Positions 13,095 to 23,265 of a stretch of DNA of 64,000 nt are shown one piece after another. The stretch is from assembly GCF_009914755.1 (NCBI RefSeq), contig NC_060930.1, one strand, 5' to 3'. Positions within the stretch are counted from its first letter, which is position 1. The number at the start of each line of letters is the position of its first letter. Source of the DNA: the human T2T-CHM13v2.0 reference genome, Homo sapiens. Position numbers and translations under genes: made by a program. The notes under the pieces were generated by a model that was not told the DNA's origin, did no database searches, and saw only the letters and a program-made list of their open reading frames with translations.

Positions 13095-13915
13095 AATCAA
13101 TTCAATTTAACAGCCATTTATTGTGCAAAGATCTGCACTTTGTGTGTTTTAGGTGATACAAAAGCAAAGTCCCTATCCTAAAGGATATTGTGGTCTATAG
13201 AGGAAAATGAATGTGGACATCACTCACATGACACAATGAAGATTAAAAAGAGTGCTATAATAGAGGCTCAGCACAGTTCCAGGTGAGCACAAAGGAGATG
13301 GATGGATTTTTATGGGTATAAAATAAAACAGTAAATGTTTCAAGGAACTGATTAAAGACTTGAAGCAAAAATAGACTTTCAAGAGCCACAGACATTGTGG
13401 TGGATAAATTAGTTACAAGGAAGGTTTCAAGTTTAAGATACAGAATGAAAGTTTTAACACAGTAATGTACATAATGTGGAGGAAATAAAGTCGTCTTGTG
13501 TAGGGCACATTGGGTGGAAACATGACTATCCTGGAAGATACACCTGGAGAGGTAAACTGGGACAAAGGAAAGCTTCAAACACTCGACTAGGGTATGAATC
13601 CTAGTCCTTAGGCAATGCTGTTACTGGTGGTTTTTGAAGGACATTTTGATAACAAAAAAGAAATAATCGCATCATTGCATGATGGATGTACTGGGGAGGC
13701 AGGAAAGAATTTTGATTTAGAAGCTGAAGGAGATATTTTGAAAGATGCTTGTGATTTTGATTCTAGGATATTGGGATGGCAGTACTGCAATTTTTAGATG
13801 TAAGGAATGTTGGAAGAGGAGCACATATAGACAGAAAGACGATGACTTCAATTTCAAACTGTGTGAGTTTGACCTTGCAGCCTAACGTCTATGCAAAAAT
13901 AACTATTGGGCATTA
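13095..13915 (-). mobile_element. L2 LINE fragment
   Basis: Reverse L2 tail tcaattcaatttaacagccatttattg then purine-rich body. Confidence 0.65.
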
Positions 13916-14149
13916 CAAAATGATCATCACTTTGGAAAAAACAACTGCTCAAACTATTTTTAGGTGGATTTAGTTTATTTCTTTAGAAAAAAAAGAATTT
14001 TTTTTTTTACCATTTTGGGAATTTACCAATAACATCTACCAATTAAAAAATAATTATTTGAAGTTGATATTTAGGGAGAGGCCCTTTTTTTAATTAAATA
14101 AAACCTACTTCTTTCTTGTTATAAAAATATTTCTATCATTAAAGTATTG

Positions 14150-15095
14150 TGCCAAATAGTTTCACTGCCCTAAAAATCTCCTGTACTTCATCTGTTCATT
14201 TCTATCCCCTTTGCCCCCAACCAGCCCCAACTTTTTACTGTGCTATAGAATGCCATCTAGTTGAAAGTACATAGCCTTTTCAAAGTGGCTTTTTTCACTT
14301 CGTAATATGGATTTAAGTTTCCTCCATGTCTGTTTATAGCTTGATAGCTCATTTCTTTTGTCACTGAATAACATCCCATTGTTTGGATGTGCCACAGTTT
14401 GCTTATCCATTTATCAGCGGGACATCTTAGTTAATTCCAATTTTTGGCAATTATGAATAAAGCTGCTATGAACATTTATGTACAGGTATTTGTGTAAATA
14501 TGAGTTTTCAACACATTGGATAAATACTTAGAAGAGTAATTGCTGGATCCTATGTTAAGACTTCTCAGCTTTGTAAGAAACTGCCCAACAGTCTTCCAAA
14601 GTGGCTGTACTGTTTTTCATTTCCACCAGCAATGAATAAGAGCTCCTCTTATTCCACATCTCTGCAAGCTCTAGCTTGGTATTTTAGCCATTCTAATGTG
14701 TGTGCAGTTCTATTTCATTGTTGTTTCAACATGCAATACTCTAATGATATTTGATGTGAAACGTATTTTCATATGCTTATTTGCTGTCTGTATGTCATTT
14801 TTGGTGACATGTCTGTTAGGGTCTTTGGCCCAGTTTTTCACTGGGTTTTTTTCCTATTGTTGAGTTTTAATAGTTCTTTGTATGGTTTTGATATAAGTCC
14901 TTTATCAGATATGTCTCTTGGAAATATTTTCTTTCAATCTATGGCTTTCGTTTTCATTCTGTTAGTACTGTCTTTTACAGCACACATGTTTTTAATTTCA
15001 AGAAAGTCCAACTTATGAATTTTTTTTCATGAATTGTCTTTTTGGTGTTATATCTAAAAACTCACTGCAAGGATGTCATCTAGATTTTCTCCTGC
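14150..15095 (-). mobile_element. L1MC1/2-like LINE-1 3' fragment
   Basis: atagtttcactgccctaaaaatc (reverse L1MC 3'UTR) followed by reverse ORF2 C-terminal sequence (ttccaaagtggctgtac, ccaccagcaatgaataagag). Confidence 0.8.
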
Positions 15096-15265
15096 AATCT
15101 CATTTTCAATGGTTCTACAATAGTCTATAACTAATATAAATGCTCTGTTTTTGGTCACTTAAATTGTTTCCAATTTTCCACTATTATAAACAATACTGCA
15201 ATGAATATTCTTTGAGCTATGTATTTGAGCATGTGCATAATTTCTTTAGAAGTAGAATTGCTAAG

Positions 15266-15990
15266 TGTGGTGGAATTGAGGGTTGACTCATCAATATCTA
15301 GTCCAATCTTCTTTTTCAATGCCTTCTTGGACAGCAAAAGCTGAGAAGCTACAACTTACATCACCAGAACCCAACTCAGCTAGAATTCCAGATGTCATTT
15401 ATATCCTAGGTAGGGAGAAGGTGAGTAATAAGGGAGAATTTGTTAATGAATACAAAATTAAAGCTAGATAAGAGGAATACATTTTAGGGTTCTACAGTGC
15501 TGTAGGATGACTATAGTTATAGTCATAGTTACAATAACTATATTACATAGTTTCAGATAGCTAGAAGGAAAATACTGAATCTTCCCAACACAAAGAAATG
15601 ATAAATGTTTGAGATGATGCATATGTTAATTACCCTGATCTGATCACTGCACATTATATGTATCACAACATTATTTGGTACTCCACAAATACATATATAA
15701 TTATTACACGTCAAAAGATTTTTTAAAAATCTGCTATGAAATGTACTCCTGTGGATCTTGAAGTCAGAACTGGAGAGACAAAAATGGGCTTGAAGCATCT
15801 ATTTAGTATCAGTTGTAGCAGAAGTAGCAAGGTTCTGGAGCTAGCACCAAGAGAAGTACTTCCCAGTTTAACAGACCATGTCAGTGGCTTGCCCTGGGTG
15901 ACCAGTTGTGCAGGTATCTTTACAAGTCATTCCCAGAAGTTCAGCCTTGATCTCTTTGCTGTCTTAGTAAATCCATATGTTGCTTAATAA
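15266..15990 (+). mobile_element. LTR33-like ERVL solo LTR, interrupted by L1MA
   Basis: tgtggtggaa..gactcatcaatatc..aagctgagaagctacaacttacatcaccagaac..cagctagaattccagatgt. Confidence 0.55.
15408..15730 (+). mobile_element. L1MA (L1MA4/5-like) 3' end
   Basis: tacaaaattaaagctagataagaggaat ... cccaacacaaagaaatgataaatgtttgagatgatg ... taccctgatctgatcact. Confidence 0.85.
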
Positions 15991-16679
15991 CAGGGTATCT
16001 GTACTCTCTATGCTATATTCTGTACTCTGTATATGGGGTCATAATATATTCATATTTTGTATATTTTTGTACACATTGCCAAACTGCCCTCCAGTAGAAC
16101 AGTCTGTTATATCAATTCTTTTTCAGCCACCTAAGTACAGCCATGCCCACATCCTCAAGCACATGCCAGTATTAGCATTATAATCTTAAACAGTTTTTTT
16201 AAATTTATAAGTTGGAAATTATACGCTTACTTTATTCTCTCATTTTTTAAATTTACCAGTGACATTAAACCTGTTCTATACATTTTTCAAATTCCTTTCT
16301 TTGTCCTTTGTCCATTTTTCTGTTGGAAAGGCAAGTAGGTTTTTTAAACCAAAGTTATAGAGGCACAACATGAGTAATAACTAAATTATTCCCAAGTAGT
16401 TCTCTATCCCTGTATTTCCATTCCACCTTGTTTTAGAAGGAAAAACTGAATGAAATTAGAAAGCTTCCTTTTAATTTTTAAAAAAGTCAAAATAACAAAG
16501 TGAAAATGAAGCAAGTGTCTGTATAATTAGAAGGTACATAAATGTGAAAAAAATTAACATAGGTATTCAAAATAAGATAAATTTCATCACAAGTAAGTAT
16601 CTTTAATATTTTTGATTAGGCATATGCTCACTAGTGGCATAAGAGCTCATAATTTTTAACTGCCTTCTTTCATGTTTTT

Positions 16680-16900
16680 CAGGGTGGTAAAGTGAAAAGG
16701 GGTCCCAGATTTTAAAGATGACTTGACTTAATTTGAATCCCAGCTCAGTCCCTTATCAACTGTACAGTTGTAGCAAGATGCTTAATGTCTCCAAATTTCT
16801 GTTTCCTCATCTATAAAGTGGAGGTCGCATGATAGTTTTTGGCTGAAGAGACATAGCAGGAATAAAGTTCCTAGTACATAATAGGTACTCAATTAATTAA
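16680..16900 (+). mobile_element. MIR SINE
   Basis: tttgaatcccagctc ... tgtttcctcatctataaagtgg ... acataataggtactcaat. Confidence 0.7.
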
Positions 16901-17785
16901 TATTAATTGTGCCCCCTTGTTTTTTTCCTTCTTGATTGTAACTTATTTCTATTTCAAATAATCATTAATATCTCAATAGCATGCCTTTTAAAATAATTTA
17001 AATTCATTTTTCTCTTTTTTTCAATATCCTTCACCAAAAAGAAATACTTGCCTGTCATTTGTTTAGGCAATAATTCGCACATCATTCTGTGAGATCATTG
17101 TATTGACATTTATGACATCTTTACATTATTCATATCACATTGTTTTGGAGGTATTGATTTAAGAGCTTAAAGCCCTCACATGATGACAAAGAGAATGACC
17201 CTTCAACTCTAAACGCCGGTAATCAGTATGCCTTAATTAGAGTTCCCATAGAGCCCAGATATTCTGCATTCTTTGCAATATTGAGACAATAACTGCTTTT
17301 TTTTGCCACATGTATCTCAGGTAACAAGCCTTTACAAAATTAACTGGATCCTGGGCCAGTGAGGACTATTTTGTTAAAGCAAATATTATTCGGAGTAAAA
17401 GCCACATAGTCTTAATTTTTTCTTAGCTCTGCAGCCCACACTTCAAACCACACAGTTACAGAACAAACATAGTTTTGCAATTTCAGCAACAAATTGTGTT
17501 TCTCCAGCTACAGCTCTGGCCCTACCTTCTATAGTGAAATTTCCAGCTACTTTTGTTTAGTTTCCCAAATACTTTGAGGAGCCCACAGAGCGCATCTTAC
17601 ATGCATCCAGGAGTATATAAAATAATAATTTACCATAGTCAGAATGTATTTATCCCAGGGAATTTTAGGGTAAGTTAGCATTAAAAAATTGGCAAATGTC
17701 ATTCTCCAGTATAATAGATTAAAAAAAACTATAAAATCACCTCAATAAATACAGAGAAAACATTTGATAAGTTTCAACACTTCTT

Positions 17786-18020
17786 TATTTTTAATTTTAC
17801 TTTAAGTTCTGGGATACATGTGCAGAACCTGCAGGTTTGTTACACAGGTATACATGTGCCATGATGGTTTGCTGCACCCATCAACCCGTCATCTAGGTTT
17901 TAAGCCCTGCATGCATTAAGTATTTGTCCTAATGCTCTCCCTCCCCTTTCCTCCCACCCCTCCAACAGGCCGCAGTGTGTGATGCTCCCCTCCCTGTGTC
18001 CATGTGCTCTCATTGTTCAA
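17786..18020 (-). mobile_element. L1PA8-like 3' end, 5'-truncated, with 13-bp TSD
   Basis: catcaacccgtcatctaggttttaagccc..atgcatta diagnostic segment; TSD ttcaacacttctt at 17773-17785 and 18016-18028. Confidence 0.9.
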
Positions 18021-18692
18021 CACTTCTTAACATTAAAAAACATTTACTATTATAGGAAAAGAATTACCTGAAAGTGGATATTTATCTTTTTAAAAAAGCC
18101 TTTGCAAACATTGAATATTGAAAAGTCTCTCCTAAAAGTCAGAAAACAAGACAAAACTGTCCTAGATCACCATTTTAAATCAACGTTGTTTTGGAGGTTT
18201 TAGCCAACAGTGCATATAAGAAAATCATTTAAAGGTATAAGAAATGGAAAGAAAGAATTGAAACTATTAATATGCTATATTATATGGTTATCTATGTGGA
18301 AAATTAGAAATTATCTATTACCTGTCTATTAGAAATAAAGAATTTAGCAAGGAAGCTATTAATCAAGAAAATATTAATCATAAAAAAAGATACCAACTTT
18401 CACCTGGCAAAGACCTGTAAAATGGTAATGCCCTGTGATAGCTGGAGTGTAAGAAAAAGGATAAACTCATGAACAGATGCTGAGAAAGCTATTACTGCAA
18501 CATTTTTTGTGGGTAACTTGACAATATATATAAAAAGATTTAAACTAAATAAATTTTACCTAAGAATTCCATTTCTAGAAATTTAAATTAGGGACCCAAT
18601 TAAAGATATGCACAAGTAAGTTTGTTCAGGAATAAGATTATGGTAGCATAATAAGAAAATTATAACCAACAAGAACGATCAAAACTATAATT

Positions 18693-19241
18693 ATGTGGCC
18701 GACGGTATTGGGTGCTTAATACTAATAGAACCCTAATTTAATTCATGTGTAGGGCAGCCATGGGCTTCAGTGAGGATGTGTCCTCTCTGGCCCAGGATTT
18801 GTGAAGCCTGTCAGAATAATGACACTTCCATAGCATGCTTTGGAATAAGCATGCAGCATATTTGTATCCAATGAAATATGAAGGCAAGTTGGCCTCGGGC
18901 AGTTTCCCTTACTTTTATAAAGGGCATTAGTTGGAGACCTTCTGTTTTCTTCTTGTCAGCATTGAGGTGTCCATATGCAATGCCTGTAACTGGGCCAGTG
19001 TCTTGGAACCATGAGAGCATCTAGCCTAGGACAACAAATCCATATGCTAAGAATAGAACAGTAGAGAGATGGGAAGAACATGAGCCCTTGATGCTATTGT
19101 TGAGTTGCTAGATTAATCCACTCTGAAACAAGCCTTAGCTGAAGACTTCTTGGTATGTGAGATAAAAAAAATCATTACTGTTAAGACCACTTTTAATTGG
19201 CTTTTCTGTTACCTAGTGTGAAAAGAAAATGAACTGAAGCA
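18693..19241 (+). mobile_element. MLT1J/K-like MaLR solo LTR
   Basis: tgtggc...ctaatagaaccctaatt ... cccttgatgctattgttgagttgct ... agacttcttggtatgtgagataaa ... ttttctgttac. Confidence 0.75.
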
Positions 19242-19329
19242 AATGGTTAGATAATTTATAGTGTAACCATAAAAAATATGCTTCTATTAAAACCCATGTT
19301 TCAAAAGTTATTTAATAATAAATCTTTAT

Positions 19330-19655
19330 TAGAGAGTAGAACTGTCGGTATTAGAGGCTGAGAAGGGTAGAGGGGAGGGGAGGATGGAGAGAGGTTGGTT
19401 AGTGGATATAAAATTACAGCTAGATAAGAGAAATGAGTTTTGGTATTCTGCAGCACTTTAGGATGAATATGGTTAACTGTAATTTATTGTGTAGTTTCAA
19501 AAAGCTAGAAGCAAGGATATTGAATGTTCACAACACAAAGAAATGATAAATGTTTGAGGTGATGAATATGTTAATTATCCTGATTTGATTATTACACATT
19601 GTATATATGTATTGAACAGCACTTTGTAATTCATAAATATGTAAAATAAAAAATA
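19330..19655 (+). mobile_element. L1MA (L1MA4/5-like) 3' end
   Basis: agagagtagaactg..ttagaggctgagaagggtag ... caacacaaagaaatgataaatgtttgaggtgatg. Confidence 0.85.
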
Positions 19656-19699
19656 GACCTTCCTGATGTAGTGTTAAAAATAATAAAAAGCTATTATTG

Positions 19700-19885
19700 A
19701 AGCATGTTAAGTAATCCTTACAACAATGCTTTAATATCATTATAATCACCATTTATAGATAAGGAAAATGAGATTAAGAGATGATAAGTGATTCATTTAT
19801 GTTCAGATCACTAGTAAATGATAGAGCCAGGATTTTAACTCTAGCAGTGTGACTCTGACTCCCCACTCATAATCTCTGGGTTTCC
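19700..19885 (-). mobile_element. MIR SINE
   Basis: atttatagataaggaaaatgag ... ctagtaaatgatagagccaggatttt. Confidence 0.7.
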
Positions 19886-20554
19886 CTGCCTCTCACTATT
19901 GTGTAGGTGCTTAAAAGTAGGTGGGGTGTGATCCTAATTATCTTTTGTTTTACGAATGTGTTACATACAGATACATACACACATGCATGGAGTAAAGGCC
20001 TGGAAGTAAACACACTGAAATTTGGAAAATGACTATTTCTGGATATTGGGATTGTGGGTGTTTTCCATTTGATTCTTTGAGCTTTTCTTTATTTTTCCAA
20101 ATATAACAAGTGTCAGACTAAAGGTTACATTTAAAAATGTAGGTAGCAGATAAGAGGTTCATATTTAAATGAAAAAAACACTTTAAATAAAATTAATCTT
20201 TTATAACACTGAGTATGATAGACTTTTAAAATATTACATAAAACATATAATTAATTTCAAATAAAAATTGCCAGAAACTTATTTACAAACTGAAAATAAT
20301 GATGTCATATCTAGAAATTATAAAGGTGGGAAAAACACATTATAAATTGCCATATACCAAATACACATTTTTCATTATAATTTTTGTAGGTTTATTTTAT
20401 CTTGGTGAAGAATATTTGGAAAAACTTTGATGTGCATACTTTTAAGAAAGCAAAGAATCTGGGCAAGTCTTTGGGAATAATACTCACCACCTAAACCACG
20501 AGGATGCCTATATTTTCACAATAAAATATCTATTTAAGAACTTTTAACTTACAA

Positions 20555-20805
20555 TAATGATTATAATAGCCAACATCAAATGGTGCTTACTATGTGCAAA
20601 GACTGTTCTAAAGCTTTCCATTTATTAACTCATTTACTACTATTAACTCTATTAGATAGGTACTATTATTACCCCTATTTTACAGATGATGAAACTGAGG
20701 CACAGAAGTAACTTCAGCAACATCACTTATTTAGTAAATGGCAAGTCCACGTTTTGAATCTAGGCAGTTTAGATCCAGAGTCCCTGCTTGTAACTACTGT
20801 ATATT
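20555..20805 (-). mobile_element. MIR SINE (near full length)
   Basis: tgcttactatgtgc ... cctattttacagatgatgaaactgaggcacaga ... tttgaatctaggcagtt. Confidence 0.85.
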
Positions 20806-21207
20806 GTTTCCTTTTTTAATAAATTAATTCATTGAACTTTAATTCATTTCAAAATTCAAACGACTGGTTTTCATAATCATCTAGATTTATTAGCAACCTC
20901 TTTAGGCCTTTTGTTTCTAAGTAGCATGGTGCAAAGCAAAGGACTGAAAATAGAAGTGTGCTAGAAATCTGTAACTTCAGATTTATATGATGTGCTGACT
21001 ATCAAGGGGTTAAGCTAGGTACTGAACATTCAATGTCCTTGTAATAGTATAGTGCTATCATGAAACAAATGCAGATTTTTACGTACAAGCCTTTTGTAAA
21101 TTAAAGAGATCTATTTTTTAAAGTGGTCCTATGTTATTTATGTATATCATTGTTTTAGAAATCAATTTATTTCAGACACCAGCCAGAGCTGGAGCAGAGG
21201 AATGAAT

Positions 21208-21302
<95 letters not shown>
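21208..21302. repeat. Compound (TA)n-(TG)n microsatellite
   Basis: Directly visible. Confidence 0.98.
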
Positions 21303-21559
21303 ATGTTTTCCTGTGCCTGGGAATAAGCACACATTCAAATGTGCAAAGAACTGCAATTTGAATGTCACTTTCTGTATACTGGATTAGCCTCTCAGCTCTT
21401 TAACTGGAGCTGTAGATTTAGATGTCTTTGTTCAGTTTGCTTTTTGGTTCAGCACACACAGACCAGCCATGCCAGGCTGGTGGAAGATTCTTTCTCCACC
21501 CCTTTGAGAGCTACAGGACTGATTCCTTATGCTCCAAGCCAGAGGTAGTGTAATGTCCA

Positions 21560-21805
21560 GAGTTTTATTCACTGAGTCAGTCAACCATCCTTTCAGCCTT
21601 TGACTTCCCAGCTGCTGCTAATCTGTAGACCTCACAGAAGTCTCTAGACAAGGGAGATGTTGAACATGTGCTCCAGCATCAGCAAAAGGGCCAGCCGTGC
21701 ATGCAGCCAGGCGAGGGCCCAGACCTCTAACTTATAAGGGGCGTGCTCCTTGGGTGCAAGCCAATCCAAAGGCAGAACTGACTATAAAAGTCAGAAATAA
21801 CCACA
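21560..21805. promoter_or_regulatory. Candidate promoter/enhancer (AP-1, GC/KLF box, CCAAT, TATA)
   Basis: TGAGTCA 21573-21579, CTTATAAG 21731-21738, GGGGCGTG 21738-21745, CCAAT 21761-21765, TATAAAA 21783-21789 in non-repeat sequence; motif evidence only. Confidence 0.35.
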
Positions 21806-22367
21806 GTTCCATTAAAAACTGCAAATAAAACATTTTTATAACTTTTCCCTAATGTTGCAAACAAGCAATTGTCCCACAGTACAAATAATTTCCAGTCCCT
21901 AATAAATGTAACCTGTTTTCTTTTTTTTTGCTCAAGGGGACAAGAAGTTTATGCACATACAACCACTTCAAAGAATTACCTCTATTCTTTCTTTGTTTTT
22001 TTTTTTAACCAGCTTCAGAGTGTTAAACTGTTCAATTTAAGCTACAAATACAGTGTATGTGATGATCTTATTGCACTATTTTCTCTAGATTTATTTACTG
22101 CCCAAAAGGTATGTAAAAATACATATGCATTCATTATCCTTTAGAAATACATAGAATAGCAGAAATAATTTTTGATTCTTTTTATTTTTCCTATCACTAA
22201 TGAGACCTTTAAGCAATATATCCTAGAACATCACCCTTCAAAAAATATATTTAAGCCACTCTATTTGATATAAACGCTGAAGTCTGTCATTTGGGGGAAA
22301 AAAATCACCATTGCCAGAGTATCCTACTCTAGAACTTAGAATCTTTAGTCAGAAAAATAGTTCAATT

Positions 22368-22670
22368 ACAGCATTTTGGGAGGCCAAGGTGGGAGGATCA
22401 TTTGAGGCCACAAGTTCAAGATCAGCCTGGGCAACAAAGTGAGACCCTATCTCTACAAAAAATAAAATAAAATAAATCAGCTGGCTGCAGTGGTGTGTGC
22501 CTATAGTCCCAGCTACTCAGGAGGCTGAGGCAGGAGGAATACCTGAGCCCAGGAGATTGAGGCTGCAGTGAGCTATAACTGCACCACTGTCCTACAGTCT
22601 GGGCAACAGAATGAGATGCTGTTTCAAAAGAAAACAAAAAAAAAAAAAGGAAGGAAGAAAAGAAGGAAAG
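22368..22670 (+). mobile_element. Alu SINE, AluJ lineage (Jo/Jr-like), 5'-truncated, with 14-bp TSD
   Basis: Starts at cagcattttgggaggccaagg; J-type cctgggcaac, gagcccaggag, gaggctgcagtgagctat; TSD aaaatagttcaatt at 22354-22367 and 22671-22684. Confidence 0.93.
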
Positions 22671-23051
22671 AAAATAGTTCAATTCAAATTCAACAAATGT
22701 CTAGTTGGTAGCAATGCTGAGAAGGAAAAAGTAGTTGGGATACAAAATAAGTTTATGTCAAAGCTCCTGCCTTCATTAACTCACAGTCTCATAGATAAAG
22801 CACAGATAACAGTGTGAGACAACAGGATGATAAAAGTCCAGCTTCAAATGAGAAGACTATTGTGACAATTTCTATAAGTAAATATTTTGATCTGTAGAAT
22901 AAATGGAAAAAGGTAAATCTGCAGGCTGAATATATATTAGGAAAATCTACCTTCTGGCAATGTCTCTTGCAATTATAGATGTTCATGCTATGTGAGGGAG
23001 CAGTGTGGGAAATGAACCACCACTGTCTCACCAACAGAAAAGCCTTCAAAA

Positions 23052-23265
23052 CAGGACTTCTAATAGAGCTTTCTATGATGATGCAAATGTTCTATATCTG
23101 CTCTGCACTGTCCCACAAGGGAAGCCACACACTATCTGTGGCAATGGAGAACTTGAAATGTGGCTATTATAACTGAAGAACTGGATTTTAAATTCTGTTT
23201 AATTTTTATTAATTTTAATTAAGATTGCCACATTTGGCTAGTGGCTACTGTATTGGGCAGTGCAG
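23052..23265 (+). mobile_element. MER3 hAT-Charlie DNA transposon
   Basis: taatagagctttctatgatgatgcaaatgttctatatctg ... acttgaaatgtggct ... ggctagtggctactgtattgggcagtgcag. Confidence 0.85.

Larger units (their letters stand above)
15100..16330 (-). mobile_element. L1ME-type fragment hosting nested LTR33 and L1MA
   Basis: ttgtttccaattttccactattataaacaatactgcaatgaatatt ... gaattgct, resuming near 16030 with acattgccaaactgccctcca. Confidence 0.6.
17600..20105 (+). mobile_element. Ancient L1ME-type LINE-1 relic broken by four younger insertions
   Basis: Degenerate RT-region sequence (tttatcccaggg, ctcaataaatacagagaaaacatttgataa) through an L1ME 3'UTR (aggcctggaagtaaacacactgaaa). Confidence 0.65.

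Noticed and set aside
21162-21368. HT/YI-repeat ORFs (also 39482, 40852, 54936)
   Set aside because: Translations of dinucleotide microsatellites
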